Assembly: GCA_030390025.1 (NCBI GenBank)
Contig: CM059431.1
Coordinates: forward strand, 107,386,001 to 107,450,000
Direction: 5' to 3'
DNA: 64,000 nt
From: Squalus acanthias
Taxonomy: Eukaryota
The notes below the pieces were generated by a model, which was not told the origin of the DNA, did no database searches, and saw nothing but the letters and a program-made list of their open reading frames with translations. Every line of letters begins with the position of its first letter. The first letter of the stretch is position 1. Both the position numbers and the translations under genes were made by a program. Of this stretch, positions 52,195 to 64,000 are shown in pieces.

Positions 52195-52625
52195 TGGGTA
52201 GCACTCTCACCTCTGAGTCAGAAGGTTGTGGGTTCAAGTTCAGCTCCAGAAACTTGGGCACCATATCCAAGCTGACACTCCAGTGCAGTACTGAGGGAAC
52301 ACTGCATTGTTGGAGGTGCCCTTTTGGATGAAATGTTAAGCCGTAGCCCTGTCTGCCCTCTTGGATGGATGTCAGAGATCTCATGGCACTATTCCGATGA
52401 AGAGCAGGGGAGTTCTCCCCATTGTCCTGGCCAACATTTATATTTCAAGCAACATTGGTAAAAATAAATTATCTGGTCATTATCCCATTGCTGTTTGTGA
52501 GACCTTGCTGTGTGAAAATTAGCTGCCATGTTTCCAACGCTGAAGTAACTACACTTCATTGGATGTAAAGCACTTTGGGAATCCTGAGGTCATGAAATGT
52601 GCTATATAAATGCAAGTCTTTCTGT
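52195..52625 (+). mobile_element. DeuSINE-like SINE (its 5' tip GTGGCTCAG is displaced to 49368-49376)
   Basis: Colinear with 38281-38720. Confidence 0.88.
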
Positions 52626-53123
52626 TTTCTTTTTCCTTCCAACTTCCGCTGACATTACATGCCTAATTTCCGAGAGCACAGCTACAGTGTGTGCAAGTAT
52701 ATTTTCTGCACTTATCGGTGATCTAGATGCATTGGATGCCAAAAGCTTTCAAAGTCAATGTTACGAACTCAGGTCTGCCGTAATTGTCCACTCAGGCTCA
52801 AGCGGTCTGGTTGTCTGCCTTTTTAGGAAGTTGACTCCCACTGCCTTGTATCTACTGGTACAGAGCAGGAACCTGGAGTGTAACAATGAACAACCTGGAC
52901 CTTATCTTTGTGTCTTTAGCACGTGTACTCCGAAGGTGGACTGAGTTAACACTAGGTGTGGCGAGGTTTGGTTCAGTTCATGAACTGATTTATTCTGCAA
53001 CAGACATGTCTATGCCAATGTTTATGCTCCATACGACCCTCCTCCCAACCCTCTTCATCCAGCCCTAGTCTTTTCTTCCTCAATACAACTTTTTTAAGCC
53101 TATTGACTGCGCATAAAATTAAT

Positions 53124-53850
53124 GGCCCAGATATTCCGATCCCTATGGGTGAGTACGCGCTGTGTACCCACCCGCAGAGACATCGGAAATGCCGGTTTCA
53201 GGCATGCACAGCGCATGCGCTGAAAACCGGCATTTCCGATCTGTCAAGAATGCTCTTGACAGATCCTCCGCCTGCCCGGGAGAAGGGCCTCTGCGGACGG
53301 ATAGTTCCGCTTTTTTGAGACCCTCCGCCCGCAGAAAACCCTTACAATTCTTACGCCTGGTAAAAGCAGGTGTAAGGCCTACTTTTACCAGGGTAAGAGT
53401 TGAAAAAAGTTAAAAAAAAAATGTTTTCACTGATTTATCATTTAAAAATACTTTAAAAAAAGGTAAGTTTATTTTTAGCCCCGTTAAAAACTTTAATTAT
53501 TTTTTTCAAAAAATAAAATTTTTGTTTAAAATACTTAATTTATTGTAATTTCATGTCATTTTAAAAATGTGATTTTTTAAAAAAAAATTATTTAAAGTTT
53601 TTCTATGTTTTGGGGGCGATCTCCATTCATATATTTGACAGGTCTTCCTGTCAAGTGTATGAAGGGAAATTCCTTTCTTTGATTGGCTCCCCATGGCCCA
53701 CGTGATCCCAGGGATGCTGTGAACTACCTGCGCCTCTGGGATACGTGGGCCCTGCGCACTTGCAGTTTGGAGAGGCCCAGGAGCGGAAGTGTGTGCGTCC
53801 GGGAGCCCTCAGGTAAGGGCGCAGATTTTTCCAGATCGCAGCCCTCCACC
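53124..53850. mobile_element. Harbinger-type MITE, inverted relative to 50156-50920
   Basis: GGGTGAGTACGCGCTGTGTAC and TTTGACAGGTCTTCCTGTCAA match the reverse complement of the 50156 copy. Confidence 0.8.
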
Positions 53851-54109
53851 CGTCTGTATAGGATGTAAAATAGTGTGACTTTAAATTACATGCATTTACT
53901 TTTGGTGACTTTCTTGATATCATCAAATTTCTTCTGGACTTCCTTAACTGTCACCTTGATTTGTCATACAACATATCACCTCCTCCCAGTGGGGTCGATT
54001 TTGACTTTATGCAACAGTGTGAAACAGGTGACAGCGAATCATCAGTCCTTACCTATCAGTGTGATTTTTGACATGCTTTGTTTCCAACTTGCAATTTCAA
54101 TTGCATTTT

Positions 54110-54620
54110 CTCATCATCTTCTTTTCTCTTATTCTTTCGCTGTCATTTCATTGCTAGCTTTCATCCCTACTCTTACTACTCCTCATTCTCCTTCTGTCTC
54201 TAGCCCCTCTTCTGCTCATTTCCTCTTTCTCATTATTTCTGTCATTCCTTCTCTCCCTGTTTCTCTCACATTCTTCTCTCCCTAATTCACATTCCATCTG
54301 CAATGCTCATTCCCTCATTCTCATTTTTCATTCCCTCTCTCCTTCCACTTTTCTCTCAGTTTTATTCAGTTTTATTCTCTCCTCATCTCTCTCATTCCCT
54401 CTGTCCCTCTCTGATTTTGTCTCATTTCCCTTTTCCTTCCATTTTTCTCTCATTCCCACTCTATTCTCTCATTCTCTTGTCCCTTGTCCTCATTCTTTCT
54501 CCTCCTTTCTTTAATTCCCTATCCCTGTCTCTATCTTGTTTCATCTCTTTTTTTCTTCTCTTCCCCAACTTTTCCTCCCTCTCTTGTTCCCTCTTTCATT
54601 CTGTTCTCTTCTTTCTTTCT
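54110..54620. repeat. Pyrimidine-rich (CT) low-complexity tract
   Basis: ~500 bp almost devoid of G on the + strand. Confidence 0.9.
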
Positions 54621-57070
54621 TTACAAACTGGATTATAATTTGAATGACAAGGACAGTAAATTATCAAAATATTATGATCAGCTTCTTTCACTTCATTCAT
54701 AGCTGATGTTCAAACTTTTATTATTTTACTACATGATACAACAGTTTAAATGAAAATCATTCCTAAAGTGGTCTACAAAGAAACAGGCCATTCGGCCCAA
54801 GTGGTCTATGCCAATGTTTATTAGCCACACGAGCCTCCTTCCACCTTACTTCATCTCATCCTATCATCAATTCCTTCTATTCCTTTCTCCCTCATGTGTT
54901 TATCTAGCTTCCCCTTAAATGCATCTATGCTATTCGCCTCAACCACTCCCTGTGGTAACAAGTTCCACATTCATATTTTGTTTATTTGGAAAATTGGTGC
55001 AAGATCTAACTGCTACACCAGTTTTCATTCCCATTACTAAATAATAATAGGCGTAAGGTTAGGTTACCTCGACAAAATTTAAATGGAGGTTAAAATCTGA
55101 CTTGGTCATATTGGCTGTATTGAAATCTGATCTACTTCAGAGCATTGCAAAAGATTTGCAAAATTCTTGTCCAATATGTCGTCTTCTGTAAATATCTGAA
55201 AATCAGCAGATTATAAAAATGCACAACAAGATGGAATCATTTTCAACATTTAATGGTGTAACTGAGTTTGGAATATTTTCAAATTCAGCACCAGTTGAAT
55301 ACAAGGCTGCAATATGCACCTCAATTCTGTGGCTGAGATTTAGTTTTAAGTATGTTTCTGAATGAGAATGCATTAAATACAACATTTATATTGAGTAAAC
55401 CCTTATTTGCTTCTAGAACATATTAAGCACCATATACAGGATGTAACACTGTTATCACCGAACAATCCAGAAACTAAAAGAATTGCACCAAGGAGAGTGA
55501 ATAGGCATCTTAGTAACATTAGAAAACATGGGATGAAGAAAGGGTCATAGCCCTTTCTTCTACCGACCACCTACAGCCTACCTTATCATGGACTGCATCC
55601 AGTTAATTTATGTTCCACATAAATACTCTGATCTTCTGCCTCTCACAAACAACATCCTTCACGTACTGGAGCATCACTGAAGCATGAGCTTGGACTTTCT
55701 GCTTTTGTTCGCCCAAACTTTGGGCATAAACCAGGAGAACTCGAGCATAATGACAGACCTTTGCCCACTTTACACACCCCACACGCTTCTGGTAACATGC
55801 AGGAAGACAAGCCTGAAACAGGTAGGAACTTACATATTATTTATATATTTATATATATATATTTTATTTATTATATAAATTCAGTTGGGGAGCATCTTCC
55901 ATGCAATGTCCTTGATGTTTGTGCATGCAGGACAGTTAGGCATCTGTATAATGGAATCTAGGGCTGCTAGGGATTTGGAAGGTTATGGAAGCTCATTAAT
56001 AGACTACTCTAAATTCTTTCTGCATTTTTCTTTAGTTTTCTGGAGCTACTGAGGTTTTGCGGATCCTTTGGGACAATTGCATCTTTTTTTTACGTAGGTC
56101 TGTTACTGTCACCAGTGAGTATTAGCATTCACTAAAGAACCAAGAACCCAGTGGAAACACCTTTTATAGTCCATGGGGAGTTGTGAATGATAATATCACA
56201 AGAGTCGCATAGATAAGGGCTGTTGGTTTCACGCCAGTCTGGTGAGTGGCACGTGCCGTCCTTCAATATGCCTTCAAATGGGAGCTGGACCGTTTCTTGA
56301 CTGGGGGAGAGATTGCATCGTATAGAAGGTAAGAGTCTTTATAGGTAACAATTGGTCCGGGGGGTGGGGAGGAAGGGAGGAAGTGTCTATTCATGATGCT
56401 CCGGCCATCGTGAGTGTGGGGCAGGCTCGACGGACCAGCTGGTCTTTTCCTGCCCATCAATTTCATACATTCGTAACTCTGAGTTGGTGTTAAAGAGTCA
56501 GGATCTGCCTTGGCTCTTGCTGCATTATTGCATACTTGCTGCCTGGCATGAAGTAGCCAAGAGAAAGCATTGTTGAGGAATCAGTCTTCTCTTGTGCCTT
56601 ATTATTTAGTCTTTCTTAATGTACTTGCTATTTGCCTAAGGGTTAGATTCAGGAGATCAGGAAAAAGATAAATCATCTACGTAGACAAGAAGGATATTGT
56701 TCTTTTTTATTACATCTATACTGCAAATGCAGAACATCTACATTGGATGTCAGTGAAGCACATAATTCATGCAGTTAAACTGCATGCTTGTTATTTCTAC
56801 TGATTGGGATAAAAACTGTACTGTGCACTTACCAGACAGCTGTGACCGAGGAGTTGTCTTAGCAGGAAGTTTGAAATGTTTAGCAGTCATCTCTCTAGGC
56901 CAAGTAGACGGCCTGTTTTCATAATAATACTTATCCTCAGTGCCATAAGTTAAAACTGAGAGTCATCTGGAGGATGAGCTGAAACTGCCGGTCATGTTGG
57001 TTACAGCACTACTCCCTGCTTGCTGCCCTTTAGATAGTTAGTCAGCTCATGAACTGTTGTACAATATGCT

Positions 57071-57987
57071 GGGGTAGAATTTATGTGGAGTTCTCTCGTT
57101 CTGCTGCCGCAACTTTGGTGAGAGATTGGGAGAAAACCTATTTACAGAAGAACATAAGAACATAAGGATTAGGAGCAGGAGTAGGCCATATGGCCCTTCG
57201 AGCCTGCTCCGCCATTCAATAAGATCATGGCTGATCATCGACCTCAACTCCACTTTCCTGCCCGATCTCCATATCCCTTGATTCCCCTTGAGTCCAAAAA
57301 ACTATCGATCTCAGCCTTGAATATACTCAAAGACTCAGCATCCACAGCCCTTTGGGGTAGAGAAATCCAAAGATTCACAACCCTTTGAGTGAAGAAATTT
57401 CTCTTCATCTCAGTCCTAAATGGCCGGCCCCTTATCCTGAGACTATGCCCCCAGTTCTAGACTCTCCAGCCAGGGGAAACAACCTCTCAGCATCTACCCT
57501 GTCAATCCCCCTCAGAATCTTATATGTTTCAACGAGATCACCTCTCATTCTTCTAAACTCCAGAGAGTAGAGGCCCAATCTACACAATCACTCCTCATAG
57601 GACAACCCTCTCATCCCAGGAATCAATCTAGTGAACCTTTGTTGCACCGCCCCGAAGGCAAGTATATCCTTCTTCTGCTGAGGAGACCAACACTGTGGAC
57701 AGTACTCCAGGTGTGGTCTCACCAAAGCCATGTGCAATTGTAGCAAGACTTCTTTACTCTTGTACTCCAACCCCTTTGCAATAAAGCTCCAACATGCCAT
57801 TTGCCTTCCTAATTGTTTGCTGTACCTGCATGCTAACTCTCTTTGTTTCCTGTATGAGGACACCTAAATCTCTGGGAACACCAACATTTAATAGTTTCTC
57901 ACCATTTAAAAAATATTCTGTTTTTCTATTCTTCCTACCAAAGTGAGTAATGCTGTTTCTCTGGTGTTTCCGTAGAAATTCTACCCC
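57071..57987. mobile_element. Short Harbinger-type MITE interrupted by a CR1(-) fragment (~57148-57946)
   Basis: Perfect TIR GGGGTAGAATTT / AAATTCTACCCC, flanks GCT/ACT. Internal CR1 with (AAGAACAT)n tail and LVRPHLEYC motif. Confidence 0.85.
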
Positions 57988-58627
57988 ACTCTTACTTGTT
58001 AAAGGCCAGTACGGTGCCATTAATTAATTGCCTGCAGAAACATTACAGTTTGGGCTTTCTCCTAAGATTTGCATTCACAAGCAGATGATGGTTTCCATAA
58101 ATAGAGCGAATCCCTTATGAATTGAAAGTTTATTCTACCCTGTGAACATTTTAGCAGGCCCGGGATTAACAATTAATATCTAATAATGGTAATCTTCTTA
58201 CTGGAGAATACATGGAAGTTCACCATTTTCTCCTGTCATCTCTGAAAATGGAAAATAATTTCACCAGACCAATACATTAAAGGCTAAACCACTTGGTCAG
58301 AATTACATGTGGAATAATATACAGAAGACTAAAAACACAGTGATATGCTAAAACAGCACAGTACTTTAAAATAACGGAACTAGAATCAGTCCACGGGGGA
58401 TTAATTAAATTTTTAGAGCAATGTTTCTTATAGTCTCTAACAAGTAACAGGATCTTTGGATGTAAGTCAGATTTGTCCCATTTACAGATTTCAAGATAGC
58501 AGGTGGACAATGAGTTCCAGTCTTGTACAGTTTAATGGCCTCTGACATCATTGTTGTCAATCACGGGGGGTCAATGACGGAATACATAGGCACTGTTGCA
58601 TGGAGCGCTGATGAGCAATTAATCACA

Positions 58628-59181
58628 AAAGCAAAATACTGCGGATGCTGGAAATCTGAAATAAAAACAGAAAATGCTGGAAATACTCAGCAGGTCAGGC
58701 AGCATCTGTGGAGAGAGAAACAGAGTTAACGTTTCAGGTCGATGACCCTTTGTCAGAACTCAAAAAAGTTGGAGATGTAACAGATTTTAAGCAAGTGCAG
58801 GGGCAGGGAAAGGAGGGAGGGGAGGAAAGAACAAAAGAGAAGGTCTGTGATAGCGTGGAAGGCAGAAGTGATTAAATGACCAAAGGTATGATTGTACAGG
58901 GCAAAAGGAGATGGTAATTGGACAAACAAAGAAACAGTAGATGAGTCTAGAAGAGGTGTAAATGGGAATGGCAGATTCATCAACAGCTGCCATGTGAAAA
59001 AATAGGGGCCGAGGTTATGGTCTGAAATTGTTGAACTTGACGTTGAGTCCAGAAGGCTGTGAAGTACCTAATCGAAAGATGAGGTGCTGTTCCTCGAGCT
59101 TACGTTGAGCTTTGTTGGAACAGTGTAAGAGGCTGAGGACGGAGAGGTCAGAGTTGGAGTGGAGCGGAGAATTAAAGTGAC
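58628..59181 (-). mobile_element. Penelope-like element 3' fragment (endonuclease C-terminus + terminal repeat)
   Basis: 59182-59015 translates CHFNSPLHSNSDLSVLSLLHCSNKAQRKLEEQHLIFRLGTSQPSGLNVKFNNFRP*. Degenerate TSD AGCAATTAATCACA / AGCAATTAGTCGCA. Confidence 0.88.
58724..58760 (-). ncRNA. Mutated minimal hammerhead ribozyme motif
   Basis: AGTT-CTGACAA-AGGGTC-ATC-GACCT-GAAA-CG-TT-AACT; core G8 changed to A. Confidence 0.6.
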
Positions 59182-59974
59182 AGCAATTAGTCGCATATCA
59201 TTTGGTATCTAAACATTTACTAATGCCCTGAAAGCATTTTTCACCTAGAACAAAGTCTCTTTATCTTGACTAATTTTTAGATCAATCAGTAATACATGGT
59301 TGCTGCAGACAACCAATCATCATGTTTAAACATTGCACAGAGAAAGTCGTCTCCACTTTGACCCGATTAATTTTTAAAATATGTATAAAGTTAAGACAGA
59401 AGTTTGATAATCTGCCAGTCCTGGGCTGTGTCCTGCTGTTTGATATGAATATGACCAAAGTACATTGTGTTCATTTGGAGTTATTTCAACAATAGACCAC
59501 CAAAATCCTGAAGGGGCATCAGCACAGACAGAAGCACATCCATGTACAAGGAGTCCAAGCAGGCATGAGCAAACATACTGTGCAATAATAGATATCTCCA
59601 CTTCTGGTTCTAGTACTTATTTAGCTACACATTAGAACTTCCTTAAGGTAACCATCAAGGGATTGGTTAGAATTGGCCGACTAAGTGAGGTGGTAAACTT
59701 AAAGGGACTTTAATAGCAGCTTTCCTATCACCTGTTATGAGCCCATGAATCCCATTTTTTGCATTCACAACATACCGATACATAACAAAGATATTACTGC
59801 AGGAGAATAAGAGAGCAAAAGCCGACAGGAAAGCACCGCACTTCTCCACTGCTGTGATATTTAAATAGTGTATCTGCCTCCTGACTCTCAACTTTGATTC
59901 CTGTCTAACTATAGTTACCTCTATTAACTAAGTACAGCAGGTTAATAGATATATAACTATCATTCGAACTCAGA

Positions 59975-60650
59975 GGGCTGGATTTTCATTGACCCATGGA
60001 GGCGGGTTTGGAGGCGTGTGGGGGGTTAAAATTGTGAAAAGTGGCGGGCGGGCACAAGTCCGCCTCCATCCCGCCTCCACGCAATTTTGATGAAATCGTG
60101 TCTGCTGGTCCCGCCTGCGTCCCGCCTTTAAGAGACGGTATAGGCTGTTAAGGCCCTTAACAAGCACTAAATTGGCTCTATAATGCCATTTTGAAAGGCC
60201 TTTGTGATTTTAACCCTTGTTGTACGTGAAGCACGCCTGTTCTGAAACACGATTGTGAAAGCTGGCGGGAGCACATGTGGATAGCTGAATATCAGTGGCT
60301 TAGCTGAGTATCACTGAGTGGCTGGCTGGCATTTGGGAGTGGTGGAGTAAAAAAATATTCTCTCTCTCTCTCTCTCTCTCCAGATAGAGATGCTGCTCAT
60401 TTTGCATCCAGGTCCTCTCACAGCAAAGGCCAGGCAGTCTCTGACCTTCAATGCAGCATCAATGATGACATCATCAGAGGCAACTTTCAGACTGGAACCA
60501 CTAATTGGTTCATGGGTTCCCACATGCTGGAACTCAATTGCCCAATTAGGTGAAAATTGCATCAATCTCCCACATCCAATTGCAGTTGGGTGGATAACAC
60601 GAAATGCGGATGACACGACCCCAGCCCGCCCCAGTATCAAAATCCAGCCC
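59975..60650. mobile_element. Harbinger-type MITE
   Basis: Perfect TIR GGGCTGGATTTT / AAAATCCAGCCC; TSD AGA/AGA. Confidence 0.88.
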
Positions 60651-60813
60651 AGAGTATTTCAGCATCATTAACAAGGGCACCGTATCAGGATCCCGGAGAT
60701 TTAAGTAAGGCTGAGAGTAACATCTAATAGATTTGAAGCTGAGATGAGAAGTGCGAGCTATATGACCCCCATTAGGTGTTGATTGTTGAAATGTAGAGAG
60801 GTAGATAAACCAA

Positions 60814-61568
60814 GGGGGTGAAATTCCCCTTGTTTGCACCTCCGGTAGGCAGCGCTAACGGGATGCGAATGGCTTTGCGTTCCCCCCCCTCCCCCGAGGC
60901 AATAACCACGCCTCCTGCAAAATTCCGCAGGAGGTTAGCGGCGGCGCTATTGTGTAGCGCCCCGATCTTCTGCGCCTGGAGATCACAACATCATTTCTAG
61001 GCGCAGCACCCCGGTAGCACCTCGGAAGGAAAATTCGCAATCGCGTCCCGCAGCAGCGCCGGGCGATGTTACCGACTGCCGCAGGGGTCGCAAACAGTGA
61101 GGCCGGCTGCTCGCGGGGCGTGACTTAAAGGCGCGGCAGCCAGCCGGCCAAAAAAAACTACCGATTTAAAAAAAATATTTATTTTCGGCCACCGGTCGCG
61201 GCGTCCGTGAGCGCTGGGCTGATCGCGCGGCACTCCCGCTCCCCGGTGGCCCACATATCTAAAAATAAACCTGCAGAGCTTGCAGCGTGGGGCCCGTCCC
61301 TTTAATGCAGGGAAGAGCCCCTGCAACGCGGCAGCGCCACGCCTGACCACTTGTGGCGCTGCTGAGCACGTCGCCCTGGATCGGGATATTTCCCCGCCTC
61401 TTGCGCTCCAAGAGACAAGTGGAGCGTTTGATTTAGCGCTCCACTTCCCTCTAGGAAGAAAAAAAATGGGAATTTAACTAATGTTTGAAAAGGTTAGCGC
61501 CTGGCGCTAACTTTCCAAACATTTTTTACTTAGCGCCCCAAACGGCCCTCTAGGGGAATTTCCCCCCC
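60814..61568. mobile_element. Non-autonomous Harbinger related to 15603-19764 and 2101-2790
   Basis: TIR GGGGGTGAAATTCCCCT / AGGGGAATTTCCCCCCC. Shares GATTTAGCGCTCCACT and TTAGCGCCWGGCGCTAA with the autonomous element. Confidence 0.88.
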
Positions 61569-63749
61569 CCACCCCCATCCAAGAGCCTCCCTCAGCTGAA
61601 TGAATGGCCTTAGTCAGTACTTGACTAGTTAAGTGTAGTGTAGCCACTTCAGAGAAGTAAAATCAGCATTATAACTGGTAAATTCTGATTAACAGCTTTG
61701 TGTTGCTGAGGGAATAAAATTATCCAGAAGAAAGACATCAGTAGCATTTCAAGCTATTAAAAGAAATGGGGTGACATCGCAATTTCTAAAAGCTTTGTCT
61801 TGGAACTTTACAGTGTTTGTTCTGACGTGAGGAATCGGTGGTTGTAACTGACATTTTCGCCACCCTTTTGAGGTCAATGATACAATTGTGACAATTACAT
61901 GCTCTTCACAAAGGATCGGTACATTGTTGCCTTTCTGTGTGACGAAAGACCTTTTGCACCTTTTTGAGATTGTGAGAACACATTTTCTTTATGTTTGAGC
62001 AATTATTTGATAAAAAATAATCAGCTTTTGGGAAAAAGTGGTCATCTTCGGTTTGGCATTCCATTTTCTGCATTGAACTGCAACTAGTGCATAATGTCAC
62101 ATTCATTACAGTGGAGTAATTACCTTCCTCCAGCCAATAAGGCAGTAAATCTGAATGACTTCAATTAACATCTGATTGGGTATTTTAATTTACCATGAGC
62201 AGTAAGTTTAGCTGACACATAATGGCATTTGCAGCATTCCTGCTTGGGTAATTAGTGAATACTTACTGCAATGTTACTAAGTTAGGGTTTGTCCTGTCTA
62301 TCAAGTGACTGCCTTCTCTACTGGACTTGCTCATTTAATCACTTTTGTTACTGGAGCTATTTCTTGTCACATATTCTACTCAACTCTGTCTCAGTTTGTG
62401 ATTCTTATGTTTATGCCAATTTTAAATTACTGTGCTTTAATTTATTACTTCACAATAATTTGTATTTTCTTTATTATTCCAGTGGGGAATCCCACCATAG
62501 TTCAATTTAAACCGAGTTCTACAGATGCAAGCATTCTTGGAGATGGTAATTACAAAAAAAAATGTCTTCTGTTTACAAATTCTGCTCTTTCCCCCTTTCT
62601 TTGTCACTCTCTATTGCTTTGTCTCCTCTGTGTTGTTTTGCTTTCTGTTCCGTGTCTTCCTCTCACTTTTTGTATGACCCAGTGGTAATCCAATGATCAT
62701 TTCAGTTTTATGGTAAATCGTTATAATTTGTACATTAATCATTCACTGGGAAGAAGTTCATTCTATGTACGTCCATGCTGATAAGACCGTTATGGACCCA
62801 TTCAAAAAGCCAATTATGGAAAAGACATTTGATATAGTTTCACTATAAAAAGGAAGTCATAAACAATGTGTGTTATATCCTAGAGTGTTGGCGATCGTAA
62901 GTTGTAATGGAGATTGAAATAATCCATATTGGGGCAAAACGGGGTCAGCTTGAGAGTGAATCATAAATGGCTAATTAGATTATTTTGGTTTATGTCTCAT
63001 CCTTGATGAATTAGTTTACCACCAACTTGCATTTATATAGCGCCTTTAACGTAGCAAAACGTCCCAAGGCGCTTTAAAAAAAAGACATTTGTTCTATTTT
63101 TTATACTGTCTACGTTGGAAGTCCAGTTTGTGCTGAGCCTTTGCAGCTTTTTTATTTCTTGAACTAAAGCTCTGGGTTGTTGAGCTGGGAGTGTGCCCAT
63201 GCAAATGAGATATACTTGTGTAGTCTTCGAAACTGGAAAATTTGCACCTATTTAATTAACACATTTGTCATTAGTGCCTGGTGGTCGTTGGCATTAATGA
63301 TGTGCATAACATACTAAAGCCATAAAAATCTGCAAAAATATAAATACTTACCAAAGAGCCTGCCACTGCGCGTTTTAAATATAAAATTAAAACAATAAAA
63401 TAATAAAAATATGGCATGGATTCATGAGGACAGATGCTAAAGTCTACTGTATCCCTTGTAGGAATGTGATACAATCATTCCAGTTACACATGTATTAGTT
63501 GAAACTCTTAAAACAGTGCTCATTAAATTCTTTTCTAATTCTGTTTTTCTAGAACATATGGAGATAGAACATAAACAATGAAAAGATCCATTAAGTTCCT
63601 GCTGTTGGCCCACAAAGGAGGCTAATATAGTGTACCAGCCCTTACGCAGTGCTGTTAGCATCATTAGTTAGTATGCAGAGCACACAAGCATTTATATTCA
63701 GATTCAACACATTTGTTTTCTTGCTACAATGCCTCAAAATAGCTATTGT

Positions 63750-64000
63750 GGGCTAGAAATTTTTAATAGCTAAGGAATGGGCGGTGTTTAGACTATTTGT
63801 CGGGGTGTCAGCGGGTGGGATCGGTTGCGGGACTGGTGGGAAAGTGTTTTTTTTTACAGCAGGTCGGGAACCGGCTGTCAAACCGCCGCAACGCGCCTTT
63901 CCCAATGTCGGGTCTGTCAGCACTGAGCAGACCCGACAGGCAGTGGCGGGCAACCAAATTAAACTCATTATAATGCACTTACCAGACCCTTAATGGGCTT
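63750..64000. mobile_element. Probable Harbinger-type element end, running off the window
   Basis: GGGCTAGAAATT start followed by GC-rich subterminal sequence resembling 5368 and 59975. Confidence 0.55.

Noticed and set aside
53875..54702. Hydrophobic membrane-protein-like ORFs
   Set aside because: Translation artefact of a CT-rich low-complexity tract
59910..59959. Short AT-rich imperfect hairpin
   Set aside because: Arms are short and AT-rich, compatible with chance

Overview
Repeat-dense eukaryotic, non-coding-type window, most likely from a cartilaginous fish (inferred from the CR1/L2 LINE families, DeuSINE-like SINEs and Penelope remnants). No host protein-coding gene could be identified with confidence, and most short ORFs in the track are transposon debris or chance. 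Main contents: (1) a full-length 4.16-kb PIF/Harbinger transposon (15603-19764; perfect 12-bp TIRs, TAA TSD) with an open HARBI1-like DDE transposase and a convergent 3-exon Myb/SANT-like gene disabled by two nonsense codons; (2) a second, decayed Harbinger (25734-33201) interrupted by a near full-length esterase-ORF1 CR1; (3) about ten Harbinger-type MITEs; (4) a 188-bp near-perfect palindrome with two oppositely oriented minimal hammerhead ribozyme motifs inside a 13-bp TSD, plus a Penelope 3' fragment with another hammerhead; (5) an ORF1-only (HAL1-like) L1/Tx1-type retroelement inserted with a 14-bp TSD into the tRNA head of a SINE; (6) a 1.66-kb TG...CA solo-LTR-like element; (7) many CR1, L2 and SINE fragments. 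All calls were read by eye. No database searches were run, and fragment boundaries are approximate.
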